Shown here in pieces: positions 63,346 through 64,000 of a DNA stretch of 64,000 bases. Both the position numbers and the translations under genes were made by a program. A model generated the notes under the pieces. That model did not search any database, was not told where the DNA came from, and was given only the letters and a program-made list of their open reading frames with translations. Location of the stretch: assembly GCA_934636245.1 (NCBI GenBank), contig CAKUAI010000014.1, positions 31,258 to 95,257 of the forward strand. Direction: 5' to 3'. The stretch is from an uncultured Coriobacteriales bacterium. GTDB taxonomy: Bacteria > Actinomycetota > Coriobacteriia > Coriobacteriales > UMGS124. The first letter of the stretch is position 1; every line of letters starts with the position of its first letter.

Positions 63346-64000
63346 TTAGAACACCTCCGGGCTGGTCGGCTCGCCCTGCAGAGTGGGCATGAACGGTCCA
63401 AACTCCTTGGCCTGCGTCCACACACGCTCGGGCTTCTCGCTCTTCTCAATCTTTACCGTGAACGCTCGGTAGCTGTTCGTGGCAAAGGCGGGGTTCTGGA
63501 ACGAATCGGCAGACAGACAGTTGTAGCCGCACTCCTCGATACCGGGCGTAATGGACTCTTGCGTGTCGTCGAAGCACTCGGGGTTCCAAAAGCGCTCGGT
63601 AAGCAGCACGCCAGGAGCAATGCCCTGCGTCACCTGCGCCATGGCATGCGTACTCGCACGGCGAGAAGTCACCTTCACCCAGTCGCCGTCAGCAATGCCG
63701 TACTCATCGGCGGTCTGGGGGTTGATGCGCAGAAGAGGCGCAGGCATGAGCTCGCGGATGAACGGGGCATGGCGCATTGTGCCGTGATGGAAATGCGGCA
63801 GGCGGCCCGTGGTGATGACGAGCGGGTACTCATCATCGGTCAACGGGCTTTCCGTGGGCTCGTTGAACGTGCAGATGGGATCGTAATCCTCGCATGCCTC
63901 CTGCTCAAAGGGATACATGTAGGGGAAGCCCGTGCGAGCAAGACGCAGCATGGCCTCACAGTACACATCCACCTTGCGCGACATCGTGGCAAAGCCGCGT
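63346..64000 (-). CDS. Molybdopterin oxidoreductase catalytic subunit, C-terminal part only (5' end beyond the window)
   Basis: The reading frame stays open to position 64000. The molybdopterin-dinucleotide-binding-like segment reads PLVITTGRLPHFHHG...INPQTADEYGIADGDWVKVTSRRAS. Confidence 0.85.
   Translation of the reverse strand, partial: RGFATMSRKVDVYCEAMLRLARTGFPYMYPFEQEACEDYDPICTFNEPTESPLTDDEYPLVITTGRLPHFHHGTMRHAPFIRELMPAPLLRINPQTADEYGIADGDWVKVTSRRASTHAMAQVTQGIAPGVLLTERFWNPECFDDTQESITPGIEECGYNCLSADSFQNPAFATNSYRAFTVKIEKSEKPERVWTQAKEFGPFMPTLQGEPTSPEVF

Noticed and set aside
1-64000. Search for transposases, integrases, phage genes, tRNA/rRNA genes or toxin-antitoxin pairs that would explain the mosaic GC and the repeats
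   Set aside because: None of the ORFs of at least 60 aa shows recombinase, transposase (DDE, HUH, Tyr or Ser) or phage structural motifs. I saw no tRNA-like or rRNA-like sequence. Mobility of the islets is therefore inferred only from repeats and composition.

Overview
This is a high-GC window with interspersed lower-GC islets (GC judged by eye). Its gene content looks like Coriobacteriia/Eggerthellaceae; that taxonomic placement is inference only. I found no rRNA, tRNA, CRISPR array, transposase or integrase.

The window is dominated by respiratory-type reductase modules:
- Three Tat-exported molybdopterin oxidoreductase operons, each with a catalytic subunit and a 4x[4Fe-4S] subunit. Two of them lie in a tandem 5,560-bp duplicated module; the third is cut by the window end.
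- Eight paralogous Tat-exported FAD_binding_2 (fumarate-reductase-like) flavoproteins.
- Six membrane-embedded LuxR/GerE regulators with a polytopic N-terminal domain, mostly divergent from a reductase gene. LysR, MerR, TetR and Rrf2 regulators sit next to other modules.

Housekeeping genes are interleaved: map, nhaA, ung, an rsmJ-like gene, an ansB-like gene, HAD, GNAT and others.

Main observations worth follow-up:
1. The two duplicated Mo-enzyme modules share a 977-bp tract with zero differences, covering most of the Fe-S gene and the 3' end of the catalytic gene. Their substrate-side regions and sensors are diverged. Two conserved intergenic footprints keep identical 33-nt spacing.
2. A lower-GC module encodes a split flavocytochrome (a triheme cytochrome c plus a flavoprotein) next to a LuxR sensor.
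3. A nested-palindrome repeat family occurs three times. Two of the copies sit inside ~365-bp direct repeats that bracket a 5.2-kb accessory segment and leave a HAD 3' remnant.
4. Three GTTGTAA-N9-TTACAAC operators lie between an Rrf2 regulator gene and a Tat-exported double-SnoaL protein gene.
5. A 29-bp direct repeat flanks a lower-GC AAA-ATPase islet.

All functional calls come from motif recognition by eye. No database searches were run.
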